A stretch of DNA of 64,000 nt, taken from contig OX597817.1 in NCBI GenBank assembly GCA_951406725.2, positions 86,118,001 to 86,182,000 on the forward strand. Reading direction: 5' to 3'. The translations under genes and the position numbers were made by a program. The stretch is from Octopus vulgaris (lineage: Eukaryota). Each line of letters begins with the position of its first letter. The first letter of the stretch is position 1. Positions 36,885 through 50,592 of this stretch are shown piece by piece. The notes below the pieces were generated by a model, which worked only from the letters and a program-made list of their open reading frames with translations, was not told the DNA's origin and did not search any database.

Positions 36885-37548
36885 GTGAGTTAACTTTGAC
36901 TTTTCTTTAGAGTTTTTTTTTTTTCTTTTTCTTACTCCTCTTTGTTTCATTATCATTTATTGAAAATACTTTATTCCAGTAATTTTGAATTATTTTCTTT
37001 TATTTGAATAATTTCTTAGAATTTTATTAAATGTGAAAAGAAATAGTTTCATAGATAAGATGTTTGGTTTCATGAATCTGGACATATCTATGAGATGAAG
37101 GTTCAAACTGTAGGTGTATCATTTGTCAGTTTATGTTATTTGGTTTAATCAACCTGAAGTAAAAAATTTGCCTGTGTGTCTATGCTTATTTAGACATGCT
37201 TCTATGCCTAGCATTTATATACTTACATTGCTTTCTGCAGAGGCAGTACCAGAGGCATGATTATTACTATTTGAAAGCTACATTTCTACTAATACTTTGT
37301 ACTTTATTTATTTGAAAGTGTGTGTATGTGTGTGTATATATATATGTACACACACATACATATACATACATATATACACATATACATACTTATATATACA
37401 CATATACACACATCACATGTGTGTTTATTGAAGAAATTATGATAAAAACAAGTTTATATTATTTCTTATCCATTATGGTTGCTTGGAACTCTGTATTGGA
37501 TGTTCCAAGTGCATTTGGATGATTAACAAGAACAGATCATCAAGAAAG

Positions 37549-37597
<49 letters not shown>

Positions 37598-38084
37598 CGT
37601 GTATTGGCAATAAAAAACACTATAAAATTGGTAAAATAAAAACAATTTCTATTGCATGATTGGTAAATTTTGAAAAGAATGATACTACTTGGAATATCCT
37701 GTTAGAATGCACCTCACTTCATATAAACTTATTTTATAGATTTTATGTGTGATATATATATATATATAAAACAATAATATATATTCTTAAATTATTATGA
37801 TTATACATATATAAATGTGATATTTTCAAAGTCATTTAGATTGATGAGTTGTGAATTCATGAAAGTAATCAATGCTACACTCCTTTAAAGGCCTTGGGTA
37901 TTAACCTCCCTGATATTATTCAATTTCCCTGACTTTTTCATGGAAGTTACTGAAAATTGATTCAATATCAGTTATGGAAAATTAACACTACCACTAATCT
38001 ATGTCGGAAAAGATTTTTCTGCATAGTCGTTGGCGTATATTTTGCTGGTAGCTGAATTTGGTAATTTGTTCTTTCTCAACCTAG

Positions 38085-38178
38085 TCCAGATCAGCCAGTG
38101 CAAAGTTTGCCGAATCAGAATTACATAAAAAGAGATGGATCTACTGAAGAACAAGTTGGTTTACTAATTGGTAACTGA
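38085..38178 (+). CDS. Candidate alternative terminal exon of ATG16 (WD40-less isoform)
   Basis: Pyrimidine-rich acceptor ttgttctttctcaacctag|; open for 20 codons to TGA at 38147 from exon G (phase 0), or 30 codons to TGA at 38178 from exon F (phase 2); AATAAA at 38283. Confidence 0.4.
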
Positions 38179-41149
38179 TAACTAAACTCTGTGTGTATTT
38201 ATCAACCATTTTCAAGTTTGGTGTATTTAACTTCAGTGTTTCAGCTTTTTCTGTTGTGCTTTGAAATACAAGGAAGATTTTAAATAAAAAACCATCTGTA
38301 TCTGTGATGTATTGTTACTTCTGATTTCATGGTATTTTTTGTATTAGCAACATGAATGTTTTTAGTGATGTGAGCATTCAGTAGAATACAGTAAGGCTAA
38401 ACATTTCAATTCATTTGGAGAAAAAAAACAAAAAAAAAACTTTTTAATTTTAAGCTATTAGACATGAAATATTTTCCAAAATTAGGAGTCACTGGTATTG
38501 AATTAGTGGTAGAATCATTAGAGTGTTGGGAAAATGTTGATGATGAAGATGTTAAGAACTGCCAATATATCTTAGAAAGTCTGTTCAACACTGAAGTCAA
38601 CCAGGGCCATTTCTCGGTTGTCATATAATCAATCATACATAATTGCCAAAAGTTGAGATGAATACACACAATGCATTAAAAACAATTTCAGTGTGTAATT
38701 TGAGTATAGATGTGGTTAGTAGTGTGTATATGATCACTAAGTTCATATTCCTCCTACTCAATCAGATTGCTATCCAAGGTATTCTGCCAAGTTAACAAAT
38801 ACCACTTGCATTCACTTATTTTCTGATAATGTATTTTCACAGCAATCTTACATTCTAAACACAAATCCAAACTTCATATTTTGTAAATTTAAATATTACT
38901 TTCTCTGTTTTCACAATTTAGTCTATAAGTTTTTATCTTCTGTTTTTACCTTTTTATAGCATGTAATTTTTTCTTTTTAATGACCATGCTAACCGGGAGA
39001 TGACCTACCCACTTCACTGATAATTCTTACTGTTCTATCATGAATGAATATTTTGCATCTCTATTTAAAGGACCTGCCAATTCTGTTAGCATTTTGTTTC
39101 CACTTAACTAACTTGGGGTTGTTGATTCCTCTGTTTGATCTAACAGGAACTACTTCTAAGCATCTTTTCATTACTGCTGGGTAATTTATATAACAATGTT
39201 GTAACAAGCAGATATCTCCAAATGATGTTTCTACTTGATGTGTAATATTCAATCTAGCCTTCCTTAAAAAATGTTTTGTGTTATGTTTTGTATTATTGCC
39301 AAAATGTCTTTTCATCAGCGTTTCATTTTATGAATAGGTTTGCTTTTGTGCAATTCTGTTGATATTTTTTTAAATGATAATATTCAAGTAAATTATAGAA
39401 CTGATCGCATCTGATGTATATTTGACGGTCAGTTGCTTTGCATGTCTCTTTTGACGCAGCGCTTATCAATAGACACCTTAGCTGATATGATTATTCTCTG
39501 CTCACTTTGTTACTCTAACAGTATGGGTGGTTCATTTAATCGTTGTTTGAAATATTGCTGTAGCAGTATGGAAATCTCCAAAATTATATTGCAAAATTCA
39601 ATTTAAAACATTTCATTGTCATTATTTACTATATAAGCCTTCATTCTAAAATACAAAATAATGGATGTTGCAATGAAAAGTCAAGGGTTCAAATGAAGCC
39701 GAAGTAAATGTCAAAATATATAATTGACATGTGTAAAAGGTAAAATTAATAGTGCATTCAAGTCTTGGTTATTGTTATTCACTCGAGTCACTGATTTGTG
39801 AAGATATTTCTTGACAAACTTTATGTAGCTTCATGATTTTTTTGCTATTCAACACTAGAGATAAACAAAATCCCATTTGATTTCACATTGTTGTCACTCA
39901 TAGTTAACTCTCAAAAGGCTCACTTTATCTAGTTGTAAGCTTATTTAACTTTTTAGAAATAGCAACCAAATCTCCCTCAAATCACACCCTACTACCTTAA
40001 AATTAGAAAGAGCACATAGGACAGTACTGTTTGAGATGTCTTGAAAAGGGCAGGATGTTCATGACAGGAACCATAATCATTTTATGTTCACTTTCTTTGC
40101 TAGTATAGGTTGTATGGGCCATCACAGTCTGGTTTGATTCTTTAGTGGAGCCCATAAATTTATCATTTTGCTTGGTTTCTACAGCTGGGTTCATTTTCTC
40201 ATGGTACTAACACTAGAATGAGTGAATAATCCTTAAAGGGACTTCACAACCCAACACTGTCTCTGATCTTTGGCCAACCATTTTATAATATATACTGAAT
40301 GCATTTTTTCATGGTACCAGCACCAGAGAGGTAACCTTGTTCTGCAATCGCTTGTAGAGGTAGCACAGCAGGAGTGTTCCAATGTAGCATCAGTACAAGA
40401 GGAGGTATTTAGGAACCTAAGGTATGTAGACCAAAGAATGAGATAGAAGTGATGACAGCAGAAAGGCCAGAAATAGATGACTGAGAGGTCAAGAGTGTAG
40501 GCATGAATTTAGAGAGCACTAAATAACCTATGATGTGTACATTTGTTCAGGTGACCAAAGACGGAAATAGGAGGGAGAGCAATTGTATTAGAAGGGCCAG
40601 AATGGATGGGTGCATGGAAAGGAGCAAGAGCATGATATTTGGGATGCGTTTGATAGCTCAAAGTACAACAGAGTGATGTTAGAGTTTATTGGTTAAGTAG
40701 AGTTCATTGAAGATAGTCTGACACAATCCTTTATATATAGGCTTGATGAAGGACAAGAGGTTCATTGATGTGGATTATGCAGTCAGAGTTGGACACCTAT
40801 GCATGATAAGGAGACAAGCAAAAATGGGTGGGTGAGCAATAGGTGAGTGTGGTAGGGGCAAAGATGCAAGTTGAAAGTGCATAAACAAGAAAAACAACAC
40901 TAATTTGCATGCACATAAACACTATCTTGTTTCCAATGTCTCTTCTATGTTCCATACATAATTTTTAATTTCTAACAGGATAATATATATATATATATAT
41001 TAACTAAAACGACTTGTCAGTTGGCCTCATGGTTCCAGCAGACAGAATTGGAGAAGGCATTGTCCTGGACGATGTCAAGGGAGACACACTTAAACAGCCA
41101 TTCTGACTCATGGGGCTCGTACTTGCACATAGCCTTCTGCACCCTGATT

Positions 41150-43390
41150 GCAGTGAGCAAGAATCTAGGATAAATTTTGATACTTTCATTAAGCAAAAAC
41201 AAAAAAACTTGGATTTTTTTGTGTGGAATCAAGTATCCTGACCTCCTAATAGGCTGCAAACCCCTTATTTTTGTTTGGAAAAAAGGGTGGGGTAAACTTC
41301 GTCACCCACTCTCTCTTTCTCCCCCTCTCCACACAAAAATGAAACACATTAGCACCCCGATTTCAGTGCCAAAAATTGCAAAGGGAAAGTGTTTAGCTTT
41401 CCAAATCTATTCTGCAATCTGGGATTATTATATATATTATATCCAGTGATTTTAAGAGGTATGAAAAAATATTTTGTTTTAATATTATAATTTTACTTGT
41501 TTCACACTCATACACAGACTCTAACTTGCTTTTTTAGATGAATTATTTATCATTCTTTATCTCTAACCACTAACTTCTATAACCTCTGCATTTTCAATTA
41601 TTCATTTCAATTCTTTGAATTTTCAATCTAATGTAATCCACACTCTCTCAAGAACGTATTTCTGCCAAATCTCTTATTATAAAAGGCAGATTTTATCTGC
41701 CTCCCTTTGTCTCTTATAGAAATCTACAATATAGGATTTCTTCAATTACAATTTACCTAGCATTTTTAAGAGTAGAATGCATCGGGTTGTGCCAGGTCCA
41801 GTTTTTAAAATTTCAACCCCAATTAAGCAAAATTTAGAGAAAACTCACATTGTGGTGTGTAAGTCAAGTGCTTTTCTTAGTGTGGGCTATAGCACACGCA
41901 CACACAAAAAGGGAACGATCTGATTCACTCACGCTATCACTCTAATTTCTACGACTTTCTCTTTGCAAGTTTGCAACGATTAAAGTGAAACCACTACTAA
42001 AAAAAAAAAACACACCAAACAGAAACAAATAAATACATAACGATTTACTCCTCACACAATTTCTTCAATTAGAGTTTACCCATGATTTTTCAAAGTACTT
42101 CCATTGGGTCATGCCATACAAAATTTCTTTCAATTTTACCCCCAATTAAGACAAAATTCGAGAAAACTCAATATTTTAACATTTCACTCCGAAAGCATTG
42201 ATGTATATGTGTGCGTGCGTGAGTGTGTGTGTGTGTCATTCCTCACTCACACGCATACACATACATATATGACAGTGACAAACACAAACGTTTCAAACAA
42301 CTACATACAAACACGTGTGTGTTTGTTATTAGTAAAAAAGGCGCCAAAACACAACTCACTTCTCATTCCAACACATTTGCAAAGACACACGGACGGTCGA
42401 ATTGCTATAACAATACAGAAAAGGTAAATTGGTTTTTATTTTACTTTCTGTCGTTAAATTTTGGTAGTATTAATTGGCGAGCCGAGCTTGCAGTATGAAA
42501 CAGTGTTTATGTATAAACAGACGACACTTATATATAGTTATTAATAAATGTATGCATCCGTTTAAAAGAAAAACCAAAAAATATTTTATTCTTTATAAAT
42601 GTTGTGTTCAAAATAACATTTTCTTTTAAGAATGTGTATATAACAAAGTGGCTTATATCTTTATATATAAAAGTGAAGTTGTGTGTCTGTCTCCTACGAT
42701 TTAGATTCCTAACTACTCCCACATTTTGCGGTGCAGTGTAACCAAAACCGGGTATCTTATAGTCGTGATTCATATCGAGCCCTTCTGGGTATTAGCGTGC
42801 GTCTACGATGAGTCTACGATTTAAAAAAATTTACCATCATATTTTTCCATTTTAAAGCATTTTTTTCGCTAAACTCGCTAAAAATATCTACGATGTATCA
42901 ACGATTTAAAAAAAAATTTACCTTAATTTTTTTTCCATTTTTTAAGCATTTTTTTTCTATATTTTGGCTATAACTCTCTAAAAATGCTTATATAGTTATT
43001 TCCCTTACAAACCCGAGCAACGCCGGGCGATACTGCTAGTGTTATCTAAAAATATGGGTAAAGAAAGAAAAAGCAAAAAAATATTTGAAAATGGGAGGGG
43101 GTGAAATTTCCGAGGGTTCCACCCCATCCTGTTTTCTGGACCAATAAATGGGTTTTATGGCATATTAAGAGGTCACCATAATCCATTCAATGAAAAAGAA
43201 AAAAAAAATTCCAATGACTGGGTGGGGGTGGAGTGGGGCTTTTCTGAATGAAAAATAAGGGGTTTGCAGGGTACTTGATTTGACACAAAAACTCTGAGTT
43301 GTTTTTTTTTTTTCTTAGTGAAAATTGTGTGGGTGAAAGTATTAAAATTTACCAAATCCAGGGGTCAAGAACACCAGAGGTGTACACTGC
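41150..43390. mobile_element. Long-TIR non-autonomous DNA element hosting a Helitron
   Basis: 41170-41275 (taaattttgatactttca..aatcaagtatcctg..ctgcaaaccccttattttt) is inverted at 43251-43352; outer ends approximate. Confidence 0.55.
41670..43039 (+). mobile_element. Non-autonomous Helitron, composite with two 5' ends
   Basis: a|TCTCTTATTATAAAAG at 41670, second a|TCTTTATATATAAAAG at 42658; 3' hairpin cccgagc-aac-gccggg (43012-43027) followed by CTAG|t at 43036-43040. Confidence 0.8.
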
Positions 43391-44639
43391 TACAGGCTTG
43401 ACCACAAGCCTGTCAGAGAGTGGCAGATTTGTGATTGAGCCTTTTGCGTTGGAGATGTATCTTGTTTTTCATTCATCTACTCAGTCATAAATAATAGAAG
43501 AATCATTGTAGAGTTCATTATTGTTTTTACTGTTGAAATATTTACAAATATATTCTGGTTAACATACAGATGGTTGAGTGTATAAGTTTATGTGAGTCTG
43601 TAGAGTTGTATCAAGATCCTAGCAGTTTTGATTTTGTTATGCTGGTTGAATTCCAAGTTGAGATCTGTGTGTATTTCATAGTAATTATTGTCATTATCAT
43701 AATCATTGTTATTTATTTTTCTGTGCTTGTAAAGACTGATAGGTTTTCTGCAGCATAGCATTGTGCTACTCATTACAATTTCTTGTTGCATTTATGAAGT
43801 CCAGCATCCTGATTTAAGCCTTTACCGAGATATCCATATCCTTATCTAATTTCCCTCCCTCTTCAATGAGTTCCTTCTGTTTTGTGATTACTTGGCTCTG
43901 TCACGCTCATTATACATCACATGGCTACACCAATGCAATCTTTTTTCTTGTGTATTACATCAGATTCTGCTTATATCCAGTCTCAGCTTGTTTGTATTCT
44001 GTTGTTTGTTCTCACTAAAATTAACACATTCTGCAAACTATACTCACCTTATTTCTTTCTAACCTCTGCACATCCTTCACATTTAGTACCATTTTTTGCT
44101 ACCAGGCAGTACTGGCTCTTTGAATGCAATTATATAATTTGCCCTTCACTTGGGGGAGAGAACCCCTATGTTACTTGCAGAGATAATAATCACTGGTAAT
44201 CAATTTACTAAGATAACAGAAGTTATCAGCTACCTCTTGAGAGCTTTCTGAATATTTAAATTAATTTATTTCATGCCAGAGTTCCTACCTATTTCTGCAT
44301 ATTGAGTATGAGCCGCCTCTTAATGGTAGTTGAATTCTGTGGTCTTGCCTGCTAAGTGGAACTGTTATCCTTGCTAGGTTTACTTTGTGGCTTCTTGATC
44401 CTAAGTTTTGCATCTGCATTTGGAGTATTTTTTACTTGGCTTGTCTGTCAACTCCTCGTGGATACCTCTCCACCCCTGTCCATGCTGCCCTTACTCATGC
44501 CTGCCAAATTGATCATACCTCTGTTCTCACTCACACCCATCTCCCAATCATGTCCCCTTTCTTCTATTTTCCACCCCTCTACTCTACCCCTTCACCAGAA
44601 ACTTCTATGGGCCTTCTAACTTCCCCTTTCTGATCTTAC

Positions 44640-45530
44640 CACCCTCCCTGTTTTCCCCAACCCACCTCTCTCCTCCTTCAAATGTTCTCAGCACCTATGT
44701 GACCTACTGGTCCATAGCTCCTACCTCTCCCTCCATTCTCACCCATGCTGGATCCTTCCCTTGCTCTTGACCACAGTACCACACCTGTCCATCACCAACA
44801 TCACCTCTGTCACTGGAACCAACCAACACACTGTTCACTTCTGTGGCTCCTCCTGTATCTCATCTAACATCATTTACTGCCTCAAATTACCCTTTGTGGG
44901 TCTTTGCATGTTGGACAGTCTGGCCACCATCTAGCCAACAGATTACTGATATCTATGAGATATCTGCCTCCAGAAAAATACTCCTGTTTGCCACTTCTGC
45001 TTGACCAACCACTCCACCCAATACCTCACAATATTTGGCCTGGCCTCACACCATGGATTCATCACTACCTGACTTAGCAAGGAGCAACATTATATCTTCT
45101 CTTTACAAACTCGTAAGCTGTTTTGACTTAATACGCTCCCTCCTCCTTCAAACAGCTTCTAAATTCCATCTCTCTCCCCAATCTCATTCTCCTTTCCTGT
45201 GCTTTTCCCCTCTTTTTCTCTCTCCACTTATCTTGCACACACACACACTGCCCATTTTTATATTCTCCTGCTTTTAAAAATCACATTTGCTGTCTCTCTC
45301 CAACTTCAGGTCAGTTATTTTTTGGCCATATAACAACACACATGCTTTTCTTTGAACTATTTGCTCCTTCCTCCCTTTCCTCTGTATGATGAAGAGCCAT
45401 GCTCGAAATGTCATTTCTACTCCTATTTTTCCATCTAAACTTTCACTGGTTATCAATCTAATATATTTAGTGTACGTCCAATTGACTTTTGTTGTTTTCT
45501 GGGGTTTTGTTTTGTTCTTGGATTTGCCTG
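44640..45530 (+). mobile_element. Penelope-like element 3' fragment (GIY-YIG plus pLTR with degenerate hammerhead)
   Basis: SCISSNIIYC and HVGQSGHHLANR remnants (CTSSNVIYC/YIGETGRRL type); downstream aTGATGA-agagc-cat-gctc-GAAA-tgtc at ~45386-45412. Confidence 0.65.
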
Positions 45531-45584
45531 TTTGTGTGTGTGTGTGCGTATTTGAGTATACATATATATATATGTAAATAATCC

Positions 45585-46080
45585 ACCTTGCCAGGGTCTT
45601 TGTGAGGAGCCACCTTGCTGCTCCATAGAGGAGAAGAGAGAGGTTCAACACTTTGTAGATATGGAGCTTTGACTTCTAGGAGATAGGGCAGTGGCACCAA
45701 AGCAGCTTCCATAGGGTGTGCACAACCTTGGCGGTCAAACCATGTATGCAGTTGATCTCTGGAGTCAAGTCTCCATTGCTGTTGACTGTGGAGTCCAGAT
45801 AGTTGCAGGAGCTGATAAACTCTATGACTTCAGGGCCAATATAGAGGATCGACAGTTTTCAATAGCAGAGCTGTGAGGGCCATCAAGAACATCAGATGAC
45901 TGGTCATGATTAAGGAATATCTCTGGAGACTCAACTCCATCTTGATGGATGTAAAGGAGTTGGCACAGGATGGCCAGCGATAGAGAGCACTGGTGGATCT
46001 GGTCAGTTCTACACATGATGATACCACTGGGACTGCTAACCTGGGATGACCCCAGCCACATCGAGCTGAGTTGAGCTGCT
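45585..46080. mobile_element. Rearranged RTE-type LINE fragments
   Basis: Minus strand LSLLLYGAARWLLTKTLARWI (LLYGSETW motif) and FISSCNYLDS; adjacent plus-strand C-terminal remnant ending in (aat)n. Confidence 0.5.
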
Positions 46081-49000
46081 ATGTAAATAATAATAATGAT
46101 AATAGGTTTGGTATTCAATGCTATGAGGACAATACATGTTTTGTAATTAATGCTTGTTTATGTGTACAATTTATGATATAAATATTTTACAATTTTGTTC
46201 AAGCAGTATAAATTGTATGTGATTGTATGTATTTATGCACTTTAGTTATTTACTCATAACTAGGAATACATATATATATATATGTATTCATCAATTTCAA
46301 TTGAATATCTCTAAGAGCTGGAACATTTAGAATATATGACGACCATGAAAATAAATGTATCAAATCTTAGCTACTGATATTTTTTGCTTTGCTATAATAG
46401 AAGAAACATCTCATTTACTTAACTGGAGCTATGATGGAATCTCCTGTTGAATATGACATATGAGTATTCAGTTTTTGCAGAACGACCACCACAAATGATT
46501 TGTTTAAATGGATCAAATGTATATGTTGTACATTAGCTCATTCTTTCCATCAAATCGATGTTGACTGAATAGGTGCGCAGTGTACCATACATTAGGTGTT
46601 GAAGTGACACAGAGCAACATGAGATGAAGTCTTCTGCTCCAGGAATTGAAACCTCAATCTTGCGATCATGAGTTCAGCACCCTAACCACTAGGCCATGTA
46701 CCCTCACAAACTGGAACATTATTGGATATTGCTGCAAACATGCCAAGCATTATTGATATATCTTATGCATTATTTTTATCCTACTCTAAGTCACATTGTA
46801 CCTGTGAGTGTTGGCTTTCCTGGTAATGCTAATTATATACAATAGGGTGATTGAAAGCTCAAAAGAACCAATTAGCTTGATAGCTACTAGAACGCCTTCT
46901 GTAATAAATGTGTCCTTTGTGCATCTTTCCTTGTAACTATTATGATTACTCATATCCATTATAATCTTTATACTCAACATAATTATCATGCAGCCTTAAT
47001 TAAAATGCTTTACTATTTTCCTTGCATTTCATGAAGTTGGTACTGGATTGTCTGATGATATCAATAATATAATTCTGTCTTATTCTTTTTTTTCCATCGC
47101 ATGATTTCTAATGGTAAAAAGAAAACCCACTTCCAGATCAAATTATTTTCAATTTATTAACATTACTTCAATTAGTTTTAACTTTGTTGATTTATCATTT
47201 TGTTTCCAAACAATAATTGTAGGCTAAAAGAGCTAACCATAGTTGTTTTCTTTTTTTTTTAAGCAGAAAATTTATTATTATTTTGAGACAGAAACCTGGT
47301 TAAAACCAAATTGTACTTTTTCTTTTATCGGCTGAAGAATATTGTTTTCTATTTTATACGTCATCCCTCTATACTAGTGCTATCAAGAAAGAAAATTTAG
47401 CCAAATATTTTCATATGCTATTTCTTTTTTATAGCACTATGGTTATCTGCCATCATCTTACAATTATCCACGACCAAGTCAGAGATATGAATCAATAAAC
47501 ATGTATTTTGATGAAAACTACTTTCATTTTGTATGTATTGAATGCCAAACTTTTTAATCTTTAATTAGAATGATAATGATCTTCATTCTCTTCTGCCTGC
47601 TTAATATTTATTGGTTTCAGTGGGGAACACTATTAGATACATCTATTAGAGTTGTTAGCAGATTCAGTCATGTACTAACAACAGTAGCTTTTAACCAAAA
47701 GAAGTCATCAAGTATTTTCTTGAGTGTTTTGATCCTAAATTCTTTAGTTGGGATGCCAGTAGTAATGGTCAATCACTGCCCAGTTACTCCTGGCTTTCAG
47801 CTTAACTCCTTTTGCTTGTTTCACAGCCAGTGACGCTCCCGTTTTGGTTACCTCAAGCTAGCTATCTTTCTTCTTCCTTCTCACCACTTCCAGAGCTGTC
47901 AACATCTTCCACATATTCTTCTGTCAGAGTTTAGTTGCTTTTAATCTGCCATAACTATTGTCTATTTAGCTTATACTTCATCATCATTATTTAACATCTG
48001 TTTTCCATATTAACATGGGTTGGATGGTCTGACAGGAGCTGGCAGGCTACATGCTCCAGTTTCTACAGCTGGATGCCCTTCTTAATGCCAGCCACTTTAC
48101 AGAGTGCACTGGGTGCTCTTTATGTGGCACCAGCACAGGTGCTTTTTATGTGACATCGGCACAAGTGGGGTCACCAAGTAGCTTTCAAGATGAAGACCTC
48201 TTAGTTGAGAGAGTGAGTGAAACTGAGGGAAGTAGTTGTGTGCCAGGTGAGAGGTTGGAGTATAATGAAGAGACAGAGACAGTTTTACTATAGAGGAGAT
48301 ACTTGGCTACCCCAGTAGGAGAAGGAAGATGGGAGAAGAGTTAGAAAAACAGAGAAGCATTTAGAGAGAGAGAGAGAGATGGTGTTGGTACCTCTGAACA
48401 TATTATAAAAGTCAATTTATAATACATAGTTTTAATAATCCAGTCAAATAGTATTTTTTCAGTTTACAATAATATTCCAGTGTTAATATTCCTTTAGTTT
48501 TCATTGTTAGATTGATATGTATTCTATATCTTTTCTTTATATTGCAAAAATACAAAACTTACTATGACATTGTTATTTTTACCAATATGCATATGAATTG
48601 CTCGACCAATGTAATTTCAATTTTCTTTTTCTAAATACTGAAGTGTGTGTGTGTAAAAATATAAAATGAAAGAAATAATTTCATATCTACTAGTACTGTT
48701 CTAACACTTTTTTGCTTTTAAATTAATAGAATCACTTCATTCAACAGAAGTGGTTTCATATCGCAAACAATTTAGTGAATCCTCTTGGAAGTGTTATCCA
48801 GAAATATTATTTTTATAAAAAATCTAATAGTTATTGAATATTTTCATAATCTGTGCACAATCTCTTCATGATTTTTCAGAGTATATTTGTTGCTTGCTAA
48901 GGGGCTATCTTCTATGAATTAATTTCTCTAAGCATACTCATTTCATTTAATAATTTCTGCAAGGTGTTAATCAGCATTTTTTAAACTTGTGTTTTTACAG

Positions 49001-49329
49001 AAATAACTCAGAATTTAGTAAACTTTTTGTAGGGTAATGTATGGTGTATAGAAACTTTTGAGCTATCTTTTCTCTCTGCTTCTTTTATTAATCTGACAAG
49101 ACACCCACCTAAAAGCTTTTTCATACAATCACTCTTTAGTTACACTCTAATGTATCAGACCTCACTAAATACATATACTAAACCACTGCCCATATCTTCT
49201 TTTAGAACTGCGATCTGTCTGAAACTACCTTTCTGACCACATTTTTCCAGCATCTGCTAAAGTGCAACATTTGTTACCCTTGTCTTTCTTGTTTTACAGT
49301 TTGGTATTTCTTCTTCAGAGCAACTTAAA

Positions 49330-49790
49330 AAAAAGAATATGTGACCAATTATTTCATTAATTCCTTCAGTGCTTATAATTGTATTGAACTATCTGACTGC
49401 AAGTTCCAAATATAGGTGGATAGTTTGTTTACATTATTTGTTTTCATGTTTCTGGAAGAAGAGGTGTGGTTAAAAGAGCAGTATTTGGACTTACTTTCTA
49501 CCATTCTCTTGTTTAGGTTTTGTAGATAATTGTCCTGGTGTTGCTTGACTTCATAAGAAAGCATGGATCTGTTTTTGCATGAGAAATTTACCCCTGCTGC
49601 TCATTTGGCTGGATTTCTTTATATTTTTCATGCTTGTTGTACAACTGAACTTGCTTCCAAATTATTTTCATTAAACACTTTCTTGTAACGGGGTAATTTG
49701 AAAGTATACTGATTAAACCTAAGAAATGTTTAATTTGATTGGATGAGAAGGAAGGCGATGTTGGACCAGATAATTTTCAGGCATCTTTTT
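49330..49790 (-). mobile_element. Penelope-like element fragment
   Basis: Remnants KIIWSN..RKVFNENNLEAS..CTTSMKNI and YCSFNHTSSSRN..NKLSTYIWNLQ. Confidence 0.65.
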
Positions 49791-49864
49791 CTGTTAGTAT
49801 GTAGCAAAGGATTGGGGGTTGTGATAGATCTTTTTGTCTGCTTGATGCTAGTACATTAATGTAA

Positions 49865-50330
49865 AGCTTCTACAACCCTGCTTTTATTCTGGCCACTATA
49901 CTTTCAGAGCACCCTTCTCCAACATTAATTAGGTCACTTAGATAACAGAAGCTATTAACTACTTCTAGAGAGCCTTCCAAACATTTGAAAGAGTCCATTT
50001 CTTTGGTGCTCTTACTGCTAGCTACATGTAAGCATCTGTCACTTACAAAGTCTTTTGTGCCAACCTGTCTATGATTCCATTGCATCTCTCGTGTATCTAT
50101 AATTTATATTTATCAGTTTAAGACTGGCTGGCTGGGTGAACTTCTGTATTTAAACAGTTTAGTTCCAAGAAATGAATTTGTCAAGGATGAAAAGTTCCAA
50201 AAATGAAAGAAGAGTCTAGAATCAAAGGGTCTAAAAGTAAACTGAGCAAAGACAAGTTGTTAGTTGGTAGAAAAGAAAACTGAACTTTCCTATCATCAGG
50301 AAAATGATTATGCTCAAAATACAAGAAAGA
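49865..50330 (-). mobile_element. RTE LINE fragment
   Basis: LEVVNSFCYLSDLINVGEGCSESIVARIKAG, same family as 62110-63300. Confidence 0.7.
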
Positions 50331-50354
50331 TATCGGTAGGAATTTTATAATGTA

Positions 50355-50592
50355 TACCTATTTCTTTACTACCCACAAGGGGCCAAACACAGAGAGGACA
50401 AACAAGGACAGATAAACAGATTAAGTCTATTATATTGACCCCAGTGTGTAACTGGTACTTATTTAATCGACCCCGAAAGGATGAAAGGCAAAGTCGACCT
50501 CGGCGGAATTTGAACTCAGAATGTAACGGCGGACGAAATACTGCTAAGCATTTCACCCGGCGTGCTAACGTTTCTGCCAGCTCGCTGCCTTT
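50355..50592 (-). mobile_element. Well-preserved tRNA-derived SINE
   Basis: Reverse complement ggcagcgagctggcagaaacgttagcacgccgggtgaaatgc...gagttcaaattccgccgaggtcgac (A and B boxes), CpG-rich. Confidence 0.8.

Noticed and set aside
38291-38335. C/D-box snoRNA/scaRNA candidate (gtgatgt..ctga within an accat/atggt stem)
   Set aside because: Imperfect C box and far too short between the boxes.
47621-47833. Possible exon after ggtttcag within ORF 47570-47833
   Set aside because: No resemblance to ATG16 WD40 repeats or any protein I recognise; no convincing donor.
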